52,524 bases of DNA from assembly GCA_021399345.1 (NCBI GenBank), contig JAAFKI010000014.1, positions 1-52,524 on the forward strand. The letters run 5' to 3'. The notes under the pieces are model-generated. The model had not been told where the DNA came from. It did no database searches and saw only the letters and a program-made list of their open reading frames with translations. Positions 15,808 through 25,222 of this stretch are shown here, one piece after another. The stretch is from Candidatus Heimdallarchaeota archaeon. GTDB taxonomy: Archaea > Asgardarchaeota > Heimdallarchaeia > Heimdallarchaeales > Heimdallarchaeaceae. Numbering within the stretch: the stretch's first letter is position 1; every line of letters begins with the position of its first letter. Position numbers and translations under genes: made by a program.

Positions 15808-16658
15808 AGTTCCTCGCCTATCCTTTCTTTCAATTGACCATATAGTTGCAGAAGTTCTTCAATTGACATTGTAAAAACCCGTCTATCCATAAATTGAAAC
15901 GTTTCTAAAACTTTCCTCTCAATCAATATATTTTGCTTTTCTTTTCTCTTTATAATATTGAACAAAATACTTCTAATTGTCTTTTTCTTGTTTGTAAAAA
16001 GCATTCTTACAAATGCAGAAAAATCTTCGTTATCCTCTAAATGAACTTCATCTTTTTTTGTAATAGCTACTATTGAAGAATATATCTTGGGTTGTGGATA
16101 AAATGAAGTTGGCTTAACAGTCTTAAGATTCCTACAAATTGCCTTTAAATTAATCATTACTGACAGTCTTGAATAATTCTTGGTTCCGGGTTTGGCAAAA
16201 AACCTTTGTGCAAACTCCCTTTGATACATGAGAATTGCTAAATCAAAAGAATATTCTAGAAGCTTAAATGTTATTGGAGAAGATATTTGATAGGGTAGAT
16301 TGGAGACACATTTTGTAAATCTTGGAAATTCTGTTTTAACAGCATCCCCCTGAATTATTTCCACATTTGAAAAATCTTGTAAAAAATTAGTTAGAAATGA
16401 GATCATTCGTTTATCATGTTCTATAATAATCAGTTTTTTAGCTTTACTAGCAATACATTTTGATAGGTTCCCTATTCCCCCACCAATTTCAAGAACAATA
16501 TCCTTAGGTTGTATACTTGCTTGGTTTATTTGGTAGTTGATAATGTTAGAATCTATTAAAAAATTCTGCCCCCTTTGTCTGGAAGGGGTGATATTCAACT
16601 CTCCTAAACTATTTAAAACATGTTTTCTTAATTCAAAAGAGGAAGTCCAGCAATCCAT
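15774..16658 (-). CDS. rsmA: 16S rRNA adenine dimethyltransferase KsgA/Dim1
   Basis: GQNFLID, VLEIGGGIG, SNLPYQISS, QREFAQR, YSRLSV, SFYPQPKI. Confidence 0.95.
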   Translation of the reverse strand: MDCWTSSFELRKHVLNSLGELNITPSRQRGQNFLIDSNIINYQINQASIQPKDIVLEIGGGIGNLSKCIASKAKKLIIIEHDKRMISFLTNFLQDFSNVEIIQGDAVKTEFPRFTKCVSNLPYQISSPITFKLLEYSFDLAILMYQREFAQRFFAKPGTKNYSRLSVMINLKAICRNLKTVKPTSFYPQPKIYSSIVAITKKDEVHLEDNEDFSAFVRMLFTNKKKTIRSILFNIIKRKEKQNILIERKVLETFQFMDRRVFTMSIEELLQLYGQLKERIGEELWLNMISPNMK

Positions 16659-16678
16659 TATTCAAACCATTTTTGGTG

Positions 16679-17344
16679 TTACCTTCTTTGTCCAGAATCT
16701 GGGGTTGCTGTAAATAATCTATGTTTCTCATCTTCTTCTAATTCTTGCATAATTCTATTGAGAATCATTTTTCTTATATCCGAGATTTTTACTCTCTCTT
16801 CTATATCGCTAAAGGAGACGAAAGGCATGCTTTTTCTTGATTGTAATATTTCCCACATCAGCTTCTTTCCAATGCCAGGTATTAGTTGTAGAGAGTGAAT
16901 ACGGTTGGTTATAGGTTGAGCTTTATTGAAAAATGAAACAAATCTTTTTTCGTTTTTGTTTATTATAGTAACAACAGCTTCTTCCAATGAACTATGTCCT
17001 GTGTTTGTTAAATCATTTACAGTAATTCTTCTTTTGATTTGTCTAATTGGAGTTTTTTCACTGATTTTTGGTAGAGGTAGCTCTGTGAATTGAGGGTAAC
17101 TGCTCCTTTTTTCAACAACAATATCGAGTAAACTAAACCATGTTGTACCGATAGCCTGAATTGTAGGTTCCCTTTGTTTGGTTTGTCCAAAACCCTTACC
17201 ATCTGGTAAATAGTCTAGAACTAGAATTCGTGATTCATCTTTTTTCGTATGTTTTACACGAGTAACGGGACCAATAATGAAATCATTGCTTTCTGTTGAT
17301 TTCTCAGGACGTTTGTTTGATCTGGAATGTTGATTGTTTACCAT
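16679..17344 (-). CDS. DUF655 family RNA-binding protein
   Basis: VLDYLPDG, QAIG..FSLL, FFNKAQPIT.RIHSLQLIPGIGKK; next to rpoF. Confidence 0.92.
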   Translation of the reverse strand: MVNNQHSRSNKRPEKSTESNDFIIGPVTRVKHTKKDESRILVLDYLPDGKGFGQTKQREPTIQAIGTTWFSLLDIVVEKRSSYPQFTELPLPKISEKTPIRQIKRRITVNDLTNTGHSSLEEAVVTIINKNEKRFVSFFNKAQPITNRIHSLQLIPGIGKKLMWEILQSRKSMPFVSFSDIEERVKISDIRKMILNRIMQELEEDEKHRLFTATPDSGQRR

Positions 17345-17418
17345 GATACTCTCACCTTAACTAAGTCTAAATGCAAAAAAAGTTTTTGCTTTCTTGGTAT
17401 TAATCCAATATTGAAGTT

Positions 17419-17772
17419 TTACGCAGATTTGGGTTCTCTGTCGATAAATGGCTTAATAATATTAAAGATTTCTTTGATATCAGAATCTGTTAGTATTTGT
17501 GGTTCTTTTGAGAGCAAATCCTTCAGCTCTTCTATAGATGGGGGAAGTATATTAGCAATAGTATATGCAGAGAGTTCAGATAATGTATATTTTTTAATTA
17601 ATTTCTCAACTATTTCTCTCGATTCTTCAGGTTCAATTCTAGCATTTTGCATGGCATGTTCAAATGCAACTCTTTGCCAGTAGGAAAGTTCTGATTCTTC
17701 ACTTCTTTCCTGTAAAATGCGCATAGCTTCAGAAATTGTTAATGGTTTTTTCTCGAGACCCTCTCTAGGCAT
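17419..17772 (-). CDS. rpoF: RNA polymerase subunit Rpo4 (F)
   Basis: LTISEA, LSYWQRVAFEHA, IANILP; lies between L21e and DUF655. Confidence 0.9.
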   Translation of the reverse strand: MPREGLEKKPLTISEAMRILQERSEESELSYWQRVAFEHAMQNARIEPEESREIVEKLIKKYTLSELSAYTIANILPPSIEELKDLLSKEPQILTDSDIKEIFNIIKPFIDREPKSA

Positions 17773-17781
17773 AAACTCACT

Positions 17782-18096
17782 TCACTTATTTTCTACTTGA
17801 ATAACAGAACGACTTAAGCGTAAATGTTCCTTTACGGCAATAATCTGCTTCATAGCATTTCCTTGTCTTATTGAAACAATGAAAGCTTTACCTTGTTTCT
17901 TTGTGATTTCTCCTGTTTTACCATGATATCTTCTGTGAGGCATTCCTCTATGTTCACCTGAATCAATAATAATGTCCACTATATCACCTTCGTTGAAATC
18001 ACGCAATAGATAATCTAAAGGTCGAATACCTTTATCTCTTGTATGCTTCCTCATGAGATGTCTTGTTCTAGCACGATAACCTTTGGATTTACGCAT
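17782..18096 (-). CDS. rpl21e: Ribosomal protein eL21
   Basis: SKGYRARTR, GMPHRRYHGKTG. Confidence 0.97.
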   Translation of the reverse strand: MRKSKGYRARTRHLMRKHTRDKGIRPLDYLLRDFNEGDIVDIIIDSGEHRGMPHRRYHGKTGEITKKQGKAFIVSIRQGNAMKQIIAVKEHLRLSRSVIQVENK

Positions 18097-18215
18097 ACTT
18101 TACACCTTTATGTTTAATCTATACAAGTGAGCAAAGTCCCTCGATGTAACTTTTAATCTTTTCGTTATCTGTTCTGGTGATTGTAAAACTAACTTTCAAA
18201 ACTACTGCTTCTATT

Positions 18216-19556
18216 TCACGCTTCATTGAACCCATCCTGAATTTCAATGACATCCAATTCCTTGCATTTAGCTTCTATACCTATAACCTCTGCTATGCTG
18301 GGTTTTGTTCGATTATTATCCCCTGAAATTAGTTCTTTAACATAACAACCACCATCGCAGGTTATTATGGCTTCAATATGAGTCTCATTAATTCTTGAAC
18401 ATTGAACAGAAAATGCTGTTTTTTTTCTTATAAGATCTGCTCTTCTATGAGAAACTCTCTGAGGTGTTCGTTGGTCTATTGGTCGGTTTTGAAAGAATTC
18501 TTCAATTTCTTTGATTTTCTTTTCAGAAATTGGCTCTTTAAAAGTAATAAGAGCTTTGTACTTTTTTACGGTTCTTTCTGCACTGCTTTTTAAATCTCTC
18601 AACTCATTTTTTGAAGACCATCTATATTCAGAAACATCAATTTTTCCTTTACCATATTGGTTTGTGTTTTTTTCAAGCTCACGCAAATCTATGGTTCGTA
18701 CCTTTGGTTTCACTATTTCTAGAACAAAAGGTCTTCCTGTACCCAACATCAAGGCATCTATATCCTCTCTTCCCGCTCCATGTAACACGCCTTTGTATCC
18801 ATGTGTTAATTTAAGTGCTTCATATTCTGCAAGCTCCTCAACAGATTCCTGATGTTTTTTACCAGTATGATTGCACTCAATACATCCTCTTCCTTTACAT
18901 TTTCTACAAGGCCAACGTGTCTGAGGTAGAGTTCGGATATATTTTCGATATCGACCATAAATATACAAAGATTTCAACTTGAGGACTATAGAGTAGGTTA
19001 AAGGATTTATTTCTATGACAATTTCTGGGGACTGAAAATCGGTTTCTTTTGAAAGAAACTCCCCAATTCTCCCTCCTATCAAGCGATTAAATTCTTGCTT
19101 TAGATATTCAGTTTGCACAACATTGAATTCTTCTTTCAGATTTCTCTCTCTTTCAAAGAACTCCTTAGGTAGTGAAGTACCAATCAAGAAAGTTTGAAAT
19201 TCATAATCTTTAATTTCTGGTAAAACCTCTTGTATGATTTCTTCTGAATTTTCAGTCAGAGTATTCTGACAGATATAACACTCTTCTGAATTCTCTATTT
19301 CAAAATTATTTCTGCTTAGAGTGTTTTTTGCCAATTTATTGTCTGCTCTTGACAAAGCCTGAAGAATTAAGACAGTATCATCTGTAATATCAGTTGAATA
19401 AAATAGAGTTAGAAAGGCCTTAATTGTTGAACCTCTATTCTTGTTTGTAGTTCCTGTTGACAAATTAGAGAATTGTCTCCCTAGACAATAATCACACAAG
19501 GAATATGATTTTAGTATATCTATTGCTTTTTTGTGCAGAGTCATCCTATCTAACAC
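18216..19556 (-). CDS. pus10: tRNA pseudouridine 54/55 synthase Pus10
   Basis: CDYCLGRQF, GRYRKYIRTLPQTRW, AGREDIDALMLGTGRPF, QRTPQRV, GCYVKELISGD. Confidence 0.96.
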   Translation of the reverse strand: MLDRMTLHKKAIDILKSYSLCDYCLGRQFSNLSTGTTNKNRGSTIKAFLTLFYSTDITDDTVLILQALSRADNKLAKNTLSRNNFEIENSEECYICQNTLTENSEEIIQEVLPEIKDYEFQTFLIGTSLPKEFFERERNLKEEFNVVQTEYLKQEFNRLIGGRIGEFLSKETDFQSPEIVIEINPLTYSIVLKLKSLYIYGRYRKYIRTLPQTRWPCRKCKGRGCIECNHTGKKHQESVEELAEYEALKLTHGYKGVLHGAGREDIDALMLGTGRPFVLEIVKPKVRTIDLRELEKNTNQYGKGKIDVSEYRWSSKNELRDLKSSAERTVKKYKALITFKEPISEKKIKEIEEFFQNRPIDQRTPQRVSHRRADLIRKKTAFSVQCSRINETHIEAIITCDGGCYVKELISGDNNRTKPSIAEVIGIEAKCKELDVIEIQDGFNEA

Positions 19557-20115
19557 TCTCCAAAAGATAATTGGTAATAATTACTTGCTCATCAACTACT
19601 AGATGCTTCAAGAACATCTTTTTTGAATTGATTGATAAAGGTAGTTTTTCGAAACCATAAGCAAAGACATTGTAATGTTTAGCGATTTCTTGTGAAAATT
19701 CTAATTCATCTTCACATGTAGGAATAACTTGAACTATCTTATCTTCTTTGTGCTTTTCAAAGATCCAATCGCTACTTTGCTCTAGAACTGAAATTCCTGG
19801 AGTAAGTCTTCCATCTTGAGAATTAGGATTTATTATGTGATTTTTTGCTCGTAGTATTAGGTGTGCTGATGAAAAGAAGCTAGGACCAAGATACCTTAAC
19901 TCGCTACCTTCGAAAGTAATTACATATGGTATTCTTTGGTAGCTTGTACAGTAATAAAGAAAAAGATTCTTTCTGAATTGATTGGACAGAAAAAAAGAAT
20001 CTGCAATTGATTTGATGTAAGGAGCGGATTCTTCCATCTCTGTATTTTTTTTATATAAATTGGATTTAATAAAAGATAAAGGAGGAGCGTTTAAGATGAA
20101 AAAAAGTTGAGACAT
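19546..20115 (-). CDS. Divergent TrmY-like SPOUT protein
   Basis: SFFLSNQFRKN, FEGSELRYLGP, TPGISV match the TrmY N-half; adjacent to pus10; C-terminal knot is degenerate. Confidence 0.65.
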   Translation of the reverse strand: MSQLFFILNAPPLSFIKSNLYKKNTEMEESAPYIKSIADSFFLSNQFRKNLFLYYCTSYQRIPYVITFEGSELRYLGPSFFSSAHLILRAKNHIINPNSQDGRLTPGISVLEQSSDWIFEKHKEDKIVQVIPTCEDELEFSQEIAKHYNVFAYGFEKLPLSINSKKMFLKHLVVDEQVIITNYLLESVR

Positions 20116-20138
20116 ACGATTTCACATTTAGTGATTGT

Positions 20139-21482
20139 CTATTGTCCTAATAACCCAGGTGGTATTCCTGGTATTTGCATTCCTCCGCGTCTTCCTTTAC
20201 GCATGCGTTTTACCAGATTGGTCATCATCTTGTGTTGGGCCATTAGTTCTCTAACTTCTGATACAGGTCTCCCACTACCTTTAGCAATTCGTTGAACCCT
20301 AGAACTCCCTAATTTGGTTTTTCCATCTAGTTCTTCATTTGTCATAGAGGTCATAATGACTTTGAATCTCTTCATATTGTCCTTTGAAACATCGAGCATA
20401 TCTTCATCTATAGTCATTCCTAATCCTGGAATCATTGAAAGCATTCTCTTCATCGAACCAGAGGAGCTGAAAGTGTCTAACAATTCCATCATTTGTCTAT
20501 AGGAGATTTTACCACTTAACATACTCATTGCTTCTTCTTTTGAGGGAAGAGCTTCCATTTCTCGTACTTCTTTCAAAAGACCTTCTAAATCCCCTACTCC
20601 AATAAGTCTTCCTACAAATGAAGTTGGGTTGAATTCCTCCAAAGAATCGATATCTTCACCATCGGCAAGGAATTTAATTGGAACATTGGCTGCTACTGCT
20701 GCAGAGAGACTTCCACCTCCCTTAGCTGAACCATCCATCTTAGTTACGATAACTGAACCAACTTTGGTTACTTCTGCAAAGGCAGAAGCTTGATCATGAG
20801 CTGCTTGTCCGAGATTTCCATCTACAACAAGTACTATCTCATCTGGTTTTATTTTGACAGTGAGTTCTTTCATTTCTTTAAGAAGAGCTTTTTCTTCTTT
20901 GTGACGTCCAGCTGTATCAATAATGATGGCATTATACTTTTCATCCAAAAACTTCTTAACACCATCTGCTGCAATTTTGACAGTATTTTTGTTTTCAGGG
21001 TCTCCATAAACAGGGACTTTAATACTTGAGCAAAGTTGTTGCAATTGTTCATAAGCACCGGGTCTAAAATTATCGACAGTTACAACTGCAACCTTCTTAC
21101 CTCTTTTTTGAATATATTTTGCTAGTTTTGCTGCAGTAGTTGTCTTTCCTGATCCTTGGATCCCTACCAACATTATTAGTGTTGGTCTGTCTGGATGTAA
21201 TGTTAGGGGGTAAACCTTTGTTCCTAGAAACTTAGAAAGCTCATCGTGTATGATTGATAAAACACTTTTCTTACGAGATAAACCATCCGGAAGTCCCTTA
21301 TCCATAGATTTACGCTCAACTTCATTAACTACCTCTGCAGCTAAATCGAATTGAACATCAGCTTCTAATAAAGCTTTTAACATTGCATTCTTTAATTCGC
21401 GAATTTGCTCTTTATCTGGAGGACCACCTCTAAGAATCTTAGAAATTGCGGTGTTAAGAGCAGACCCTAGTTTACCTAACAT
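20139..21482 (-). CDS. srp54: Signal recognition particle protein SRP54
   Basis: GIQGSGKTT, DTAGRH, TKMDGSAKGGG, M domain SMTNEE...SRVQRIAKGSG. Confidence 0.97.
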   Translation of the reverse strand: MLGKLGSALNTAISKILRGGPPDKEQIRELKNAMLKALLEADVQFDLAAEVVNEVERKSMDKGLPDGLSRKKSVLSIIHDELSKFLGTKVYPLTLHPDRPTLIMLVGIQGSGKTTTAAKLAKYIQKRGKKVAVVTVDNFRPGAYEQLQQLCSSIKVPVYGDPENKNTVKIAADGVKKFLDEKYNAIIIDTAGRHKEEKALLKEMKELTVKIKPDEIVLVVDGNLGQAAHDQASAFAEVTKVGSVIVTKMDGSAKGGGSLSAAVAANVPIKFLADGEDIDSLEEFNPTSFVGRLIGVGDLEGLLKEVREMEALPSKEEAMSMLSGKISYRQMMELLDTFSSSGSMKRMLSMIPGLGMTIDEDMLDVSKDNMKRFKVIMTSMTNEELDGKTKLGSSRVQRIAKGSGRPVSEVRELMAQHKMMTNLVKRMRKGRRGGMQIPGIPPGLLGQ

Positions 21483-21559
21483 GGATTATCATTTGAAGAA
21501 TGCAAAAGAGATTAAAGAATATTTTGTTTTGAGGGAAAAGAAAAAAGGAGAAGCTAGAA

Positions 21560-22468
21560 CTATAGTTTTAGTTCTTCAGCTTTTATTTGAGTAGGTTCTT
21601 CCGATAATATTACTCTACGTTTAACTTTGAGAGAATTAACAAAGTAAACCTTTCCACCAACTTCTGAACGACGACCAATAACAACATCGTATCCTTTTAC
21701 GTCACCAGTAACTGATGTAGCTCTAATATCCACGTTATTTTTTGCAAATAAGTTACCGCCAATTTTGTATGGGTATTTGACAAAACCACCTATTCTTAGA
21801 TTTAACCATCTTTTCCACCCTTTCAAACCTAGAGTTACATTTTCTCCTACTAAGTTTCCTTTAACATTAGCTGCTCCCTCTACTGTAACATCTTTTTGTG
21901 ATAGTAGATTTCCACCTACTCCTATGGATCCTGAAGATTTTAATCCATTATTTGTTTGTAGATTCTTACCAACTTTGAAAGATCCAGATGATTTAGCGAA
22001 ACCTTGTACAGTAGTTTCTCCATCAATCCTTGCTGAACCTGAAAATTTAGCATCACTGCTACCAATGAAATCTCCACCAACCTTGAAAGATCCAGAAGAT
22101 TTAACTGGACCTAATATGTTAGCATCTTGACCAATTTTTGCAGAGCCACTAAACCTAGCAGAAGATTCACTCACAAGTCCTCCAGATATACCAAAGGATC
22201 CAGAACTTCTAACTGTACCCAAAGAAGTCAAATTTCCTTCACCCTTTAATGATCCTGTGGATTTTATTCCATTGCATTTAAAATCTCCACCAAGTTTTCC
22301 TGAACCTGAAATTTTGACAAATTTAGGGATAATTCCACTGGATATACTTCCTGACCCAGAGACTTTGACTAAATCTTCTGTTTCCTTTAAACTCCCAGCA
22401 GAGCTGATTGTAGCTCTCTGTTCAACATTTTCGTTTGTTTCTTTAATTGTTTTTTCCATTATTTTCAC
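21560..22468 (-). CDS. Bactofilin-like (polymer-forming) beta-helix protein
   Basis: Regular x-SGS-x-x-(I/V)-x-G repeats over the whole length. Confidence 0.75.
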   Translation of the reverse strand: MKIMEKTIKETNENVEQRATISSAGSLKETEDLVKVSGSGSISSGIIPKFVKISGSGKLGGDFKCNGIKSTGSLKGEGNLTSLGTVRSSGSFGISGGLVSESSARFSGSAKIGQDANILGPVKSSGSFKVGGDFIGSSDAKFSGSARIDGETTVQGFAKSSGSFKVGKNLQTNNGLKSSGSIGVGGNLLSQKDVTVEGAANVKGNLVGENVTLGLKGWKRWLNLRIGGFVKYPYKIGGNLFAKNNVDIRATSVTGDVKGYDVVIGRRSEVGGKVYFVNSLKVKRRVILSEEPTQIKAEELKL

Positions 22469-22489
22469 CTTTCTGTTTCATTATCTTGA

Positions 22490-23395
22490 TTACAATCTTA
22501 GTTTTTCATGGCTTATTTTTACTGGTTCATTAGCCAAACCAGCTCTTTTGTCAACATCTATGTAATCGACATAGAAAACAATACCTTCTACTTTGGTATA
22601 TGGTCCGATTTCTACTTTGAGACCTTTAACATCGCCCTCTACAGTAGTGTTGGCTAAATATACTTCACCAGTACCTAAAACATGCCCTTCAACTATAGAT
22701 TTTTTGAGACTTCTAAATCTTAGACTAAGGAAATCTTTTCCCTTATTGATATGAATATCATCACCTACCACGTCTCCTGCTACTAAAATTCGCCCTGCTA
22801 CTTCAACAATTCCTTGAGATAATAGATTACCTTCAATTCTAGCAGAACCTGAGAACTTTGCACCGCTTTCAGCTTGTAAGATTCCTCCAGTAGCAAAACT
22901 ACCAGCAGTTACAATTCTGCCTTTGAGAATAGTTTCTAGGCCTATTTTTGCTGAACCTGCGAATTTTGCATCTTGATCTCCATGTAAGAAACCAGCGCAC
23001 TTAAAAGATCCAGCAGTACTGATGTCTCCATGGGCAGTAATGTTCCCATTACTCTTTAGAGAACCAGCGGATTTCAAGTTGTTACATTCAACATCATTAT
23101 CAATTTTTCCAGAACCTGCGATGCGAATATCCTTTCCAATATGACCACCTGAGATTTTAGTTGATCCAGCAACTGAAAGAGATTTATCAGTTGATACCTT
23201 AACTCCTGCAGTATAAATCTGAGAAGCTTCTTTGTGTTGTTCAAAATTTTCTTTAGCATCATCAAGCTTTTGGAGATAACGATCTTTCAATTCGACATAG
23301 TTTTGTTTATCGATTTCTCCATTGTCAAACCTCTTTTCCAAGAGTTCTAATAATTCTTCATACATTTTGACTTCGTTTTTAGACAATTGTATCAC
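22490..23395 (-). CDS. Bactofilin-like beta-helix protein with an N-terminal SHOCT-like helical domain
   Basis: LEKRFDNGEIDKQNYVELK followed by AGS/SGS beta-helix repeats; paralog of 21560-22468. Confidence 0.75.
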   Translation of the reverse strand: MIQLSKNEVKMYEELLELLEKRFDNGEIDKQNYVELKDRYLQKLDDAKENFEQHKEASQIYTAGVKVSTDKSLSVAGSTKISGGHIGKDIRIAGSGKIDNDVECNNLKSAGSLKSNGNITAHGDISTAGSFKCAGFLHGDQDAKFAGSAKIGLETILKGRIVTAGSFATGGILQAESGAKFSGSARIEGNLLSQGIVEVAGRILVAGDVVGDDIHINKGKDFLSLRFRSLKKSIVEGHVLGTGEVYLANTTVEGDVKGLKVEIGPYTKVEGIVFYVDYIDVDKRAGLANEPVKISHEKLRL

Positions 23396-23553
23396 TATGA
23401 TACCAATAACATCGCTTTATTTAATCATTTTTTTAATTGGTTAGAACAAGCTCTTAATTGCATGGTTAAACAATTTTAATATATAGGTAAAGAGGATAAA
23501 CCATATAGCTTAAGGTTAAACCAAACAGTGAAAAAATTTCCATAAGGTAAGAA

Positions 23554-23683
23554 TGGTGCGGGGAGGGAGATTCGAACTCCCGAACTACTAAAGAACGGAT
23601 GACTTATTTTTTTTCTAACCCTTATCTCAGGTTTAAAACCAAGATCTTAAGTCCGCCGCCGTTGGCCGCTTGGCTATCCCCGC
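23554..23683 (-). tRNA. tRNA-Leu(TAA) with a 45-nt intron at 37/38 (23601-23645); CCA encoded
   Basis: Acceptor GCGGGGA/TCCCCGC, anticodon arm GCGGA-CTTAAG^A-TCCGT, long variable arm, GTTCGAATC T loop. Confidence 0.95.
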
Positions 23684-23763
23684 TGAGTCTTAATGTTTAA
23701 CTACTATAATGAATTTCATTTGTTTTTTAAGATTTTTCATCTTGATTTGAAATTGATTGAAGA

Positions 23764-25077
23764 TTATGGATGGAGTCTTGTTGGGTCTCTTGGAAGTAAT
23801 CTTGCTTCTCTAATATTAGGTAATTCAAGGATTTTTTGCACAAATCTTTCAATTCCTGTACCACTTCCTCCATGTGGAGGTGCTCCATTTCTAAAGAACT
23901 GTAGATAACTGTCAACCTCTTCAAGCTTGAAATCTTTTTCAACAGCTTGCTTGGCTAAAATATCTACTCTGTGTTCTCTTTGCCCCCCAGTGGTTAATTC
24001 TTGTCCCTTGAACAAGAGATCAAAAGATTTAGTCAATCTTGGATCTTCATCATCTTTCATAGTATAGAATGGTCTAATTTTCCAAGGATATTGGTCTACG
24101 AATACAAAGTCTGAATTCCATTTCTCTTTTGCATACCTACCAATAATTCCCTCTGCTTCAGCGTCTAAATCTTCATAGAGGTCTAGTTCTTTTCCTTCAC
24201 TTGCTAAAACTTCATTACATTCAGGAATTGTGATTATTGGCCATTCTTTGGGTTGATCATCAATTTGAACTCCCAATACTTCAAGAGAATTAGCTCTAGA
24301 TGTTTTTATTGTATCGAGAGCAAAACCAATTGCGCCTTGTATAACTTTCATGACATCTTTTTGATCATTAATATATGAGATTTCAAAATCTATAGATGTA
24401 TACTCACACAAATGACGATTGGTATGGTGTTTCTCTGCTCGAAAAACAGGTCCTATTTCAAAAACTCTCTCAAATCCCGCCATTAACATCATTTGTTTAT
24501 AGAATTGAGGGGATTGTGCTAAGTATGCTTTTTTATCAAAATAGTTTATTTCAAAAACACTAGCACCACTTTCTGTTGCTGAACCAACAATTTTAGCTGA
24601 AAAGAACTGTAAGAAGTCGTTATCTCTAAAATATTGTTGAATTGCATAAGCAGCTGTACTCTCAATTTCGAAAATGTGTGCAACCTTTCTATCTCTTAAA
24701 TCTAGGAACCTATAGTCGTATCTCTTATCAGGGTTTGTTTCAATCTTATCACCAACTGAAATTGGATACTCTTGAGTTCTTTTATTGATAATTTCAATCT
24801 CAGACGGAAGGACTTCCTTTCCATTTGGGGCACTTTCATTGGTTACGACATTTCCGGTAACTGCAATTATATCTCCTTCTTGAAAATCTAAAGCAAATAT
24901 CTCTTCAGATACTTTCTTTTTGGGTAAAACTATTTGTACAATCCCTGTTCTATCTTGTAGTTGAATAAATCGTAATCCTCCAAGATTGCGAACTTGTTGA
25001 ACCCATCCTGCGATCGATATCTTTTCATCTGTAGTAGAAAAAACCTTCTCAATAGGATTTCTTTGACTAAAGTCCAT
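23764..25077 (-). CDS. aspS: Aspartyl-tRNA synthetase, archaeal type, probably non-discriminating
   Basis: OB fold, AYLAQSPQFYKQ, GPVFRAE, GGQREHR, GAPPHGGSGTGIER, PRDPTRL. Confidence 0.96.
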   Translation of the reverse strand: MDFSQRNPIEKVFSTTDEKISIAGWVQQVRNLGGLRFIQLQDRTGIVQIVLPKKKVSEEIFALDFQEGDIIAVTGNVVTNESAPNGKEVLPSEIEIINKRTQEYPISVGDKIETNPDKRYDYRFLDLRDRKVAHIFEIESTAAYAIQQYFRDNDFLQFFSAKIVGSATESGASVFEINYFDKKAYLAQSPQFYKQMMLMAGFERVFEIGPVFRAEKHHTNRHLCEYTSIDFEISYINDQKDVMKVIQGAIGFALDTIKTSRANSLEVLGVQIDDQPKEWPIITIPECNEVLASEGKELDLYEDLDAEAEGIIGRYAKEKWNSDFVFVDQYPWKIRPFYTMKDDEDPRLTKSFDLLFKGQELTTGGQREHRVDILAKQAVEKDFKLEEVDSYLQFFRNGAPPHGGSGTGIERFVQKILELPNIREARLLPRDPTRLHP

Positions 25078-25222
25078 GTTACAGTCCTCAGTTTATTTGT
25101 TTGCACCTTTGAAAGTTTATTAAAAAAGATTCTCTTCTTTGTTGTATAAAAATGGGAGAAAAATGACTTTCTGAGAAAAAACGTTATTTAGCTATCATCC
25201 TAATAACTTTGTAGCGATACTA

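Noticed and set aside
23464-23471. GGTTAAAC identical to the omega-RNA stem arm at 9192
   Set aside because: An 8-bp match is expected by chance; no other element sequence nearby
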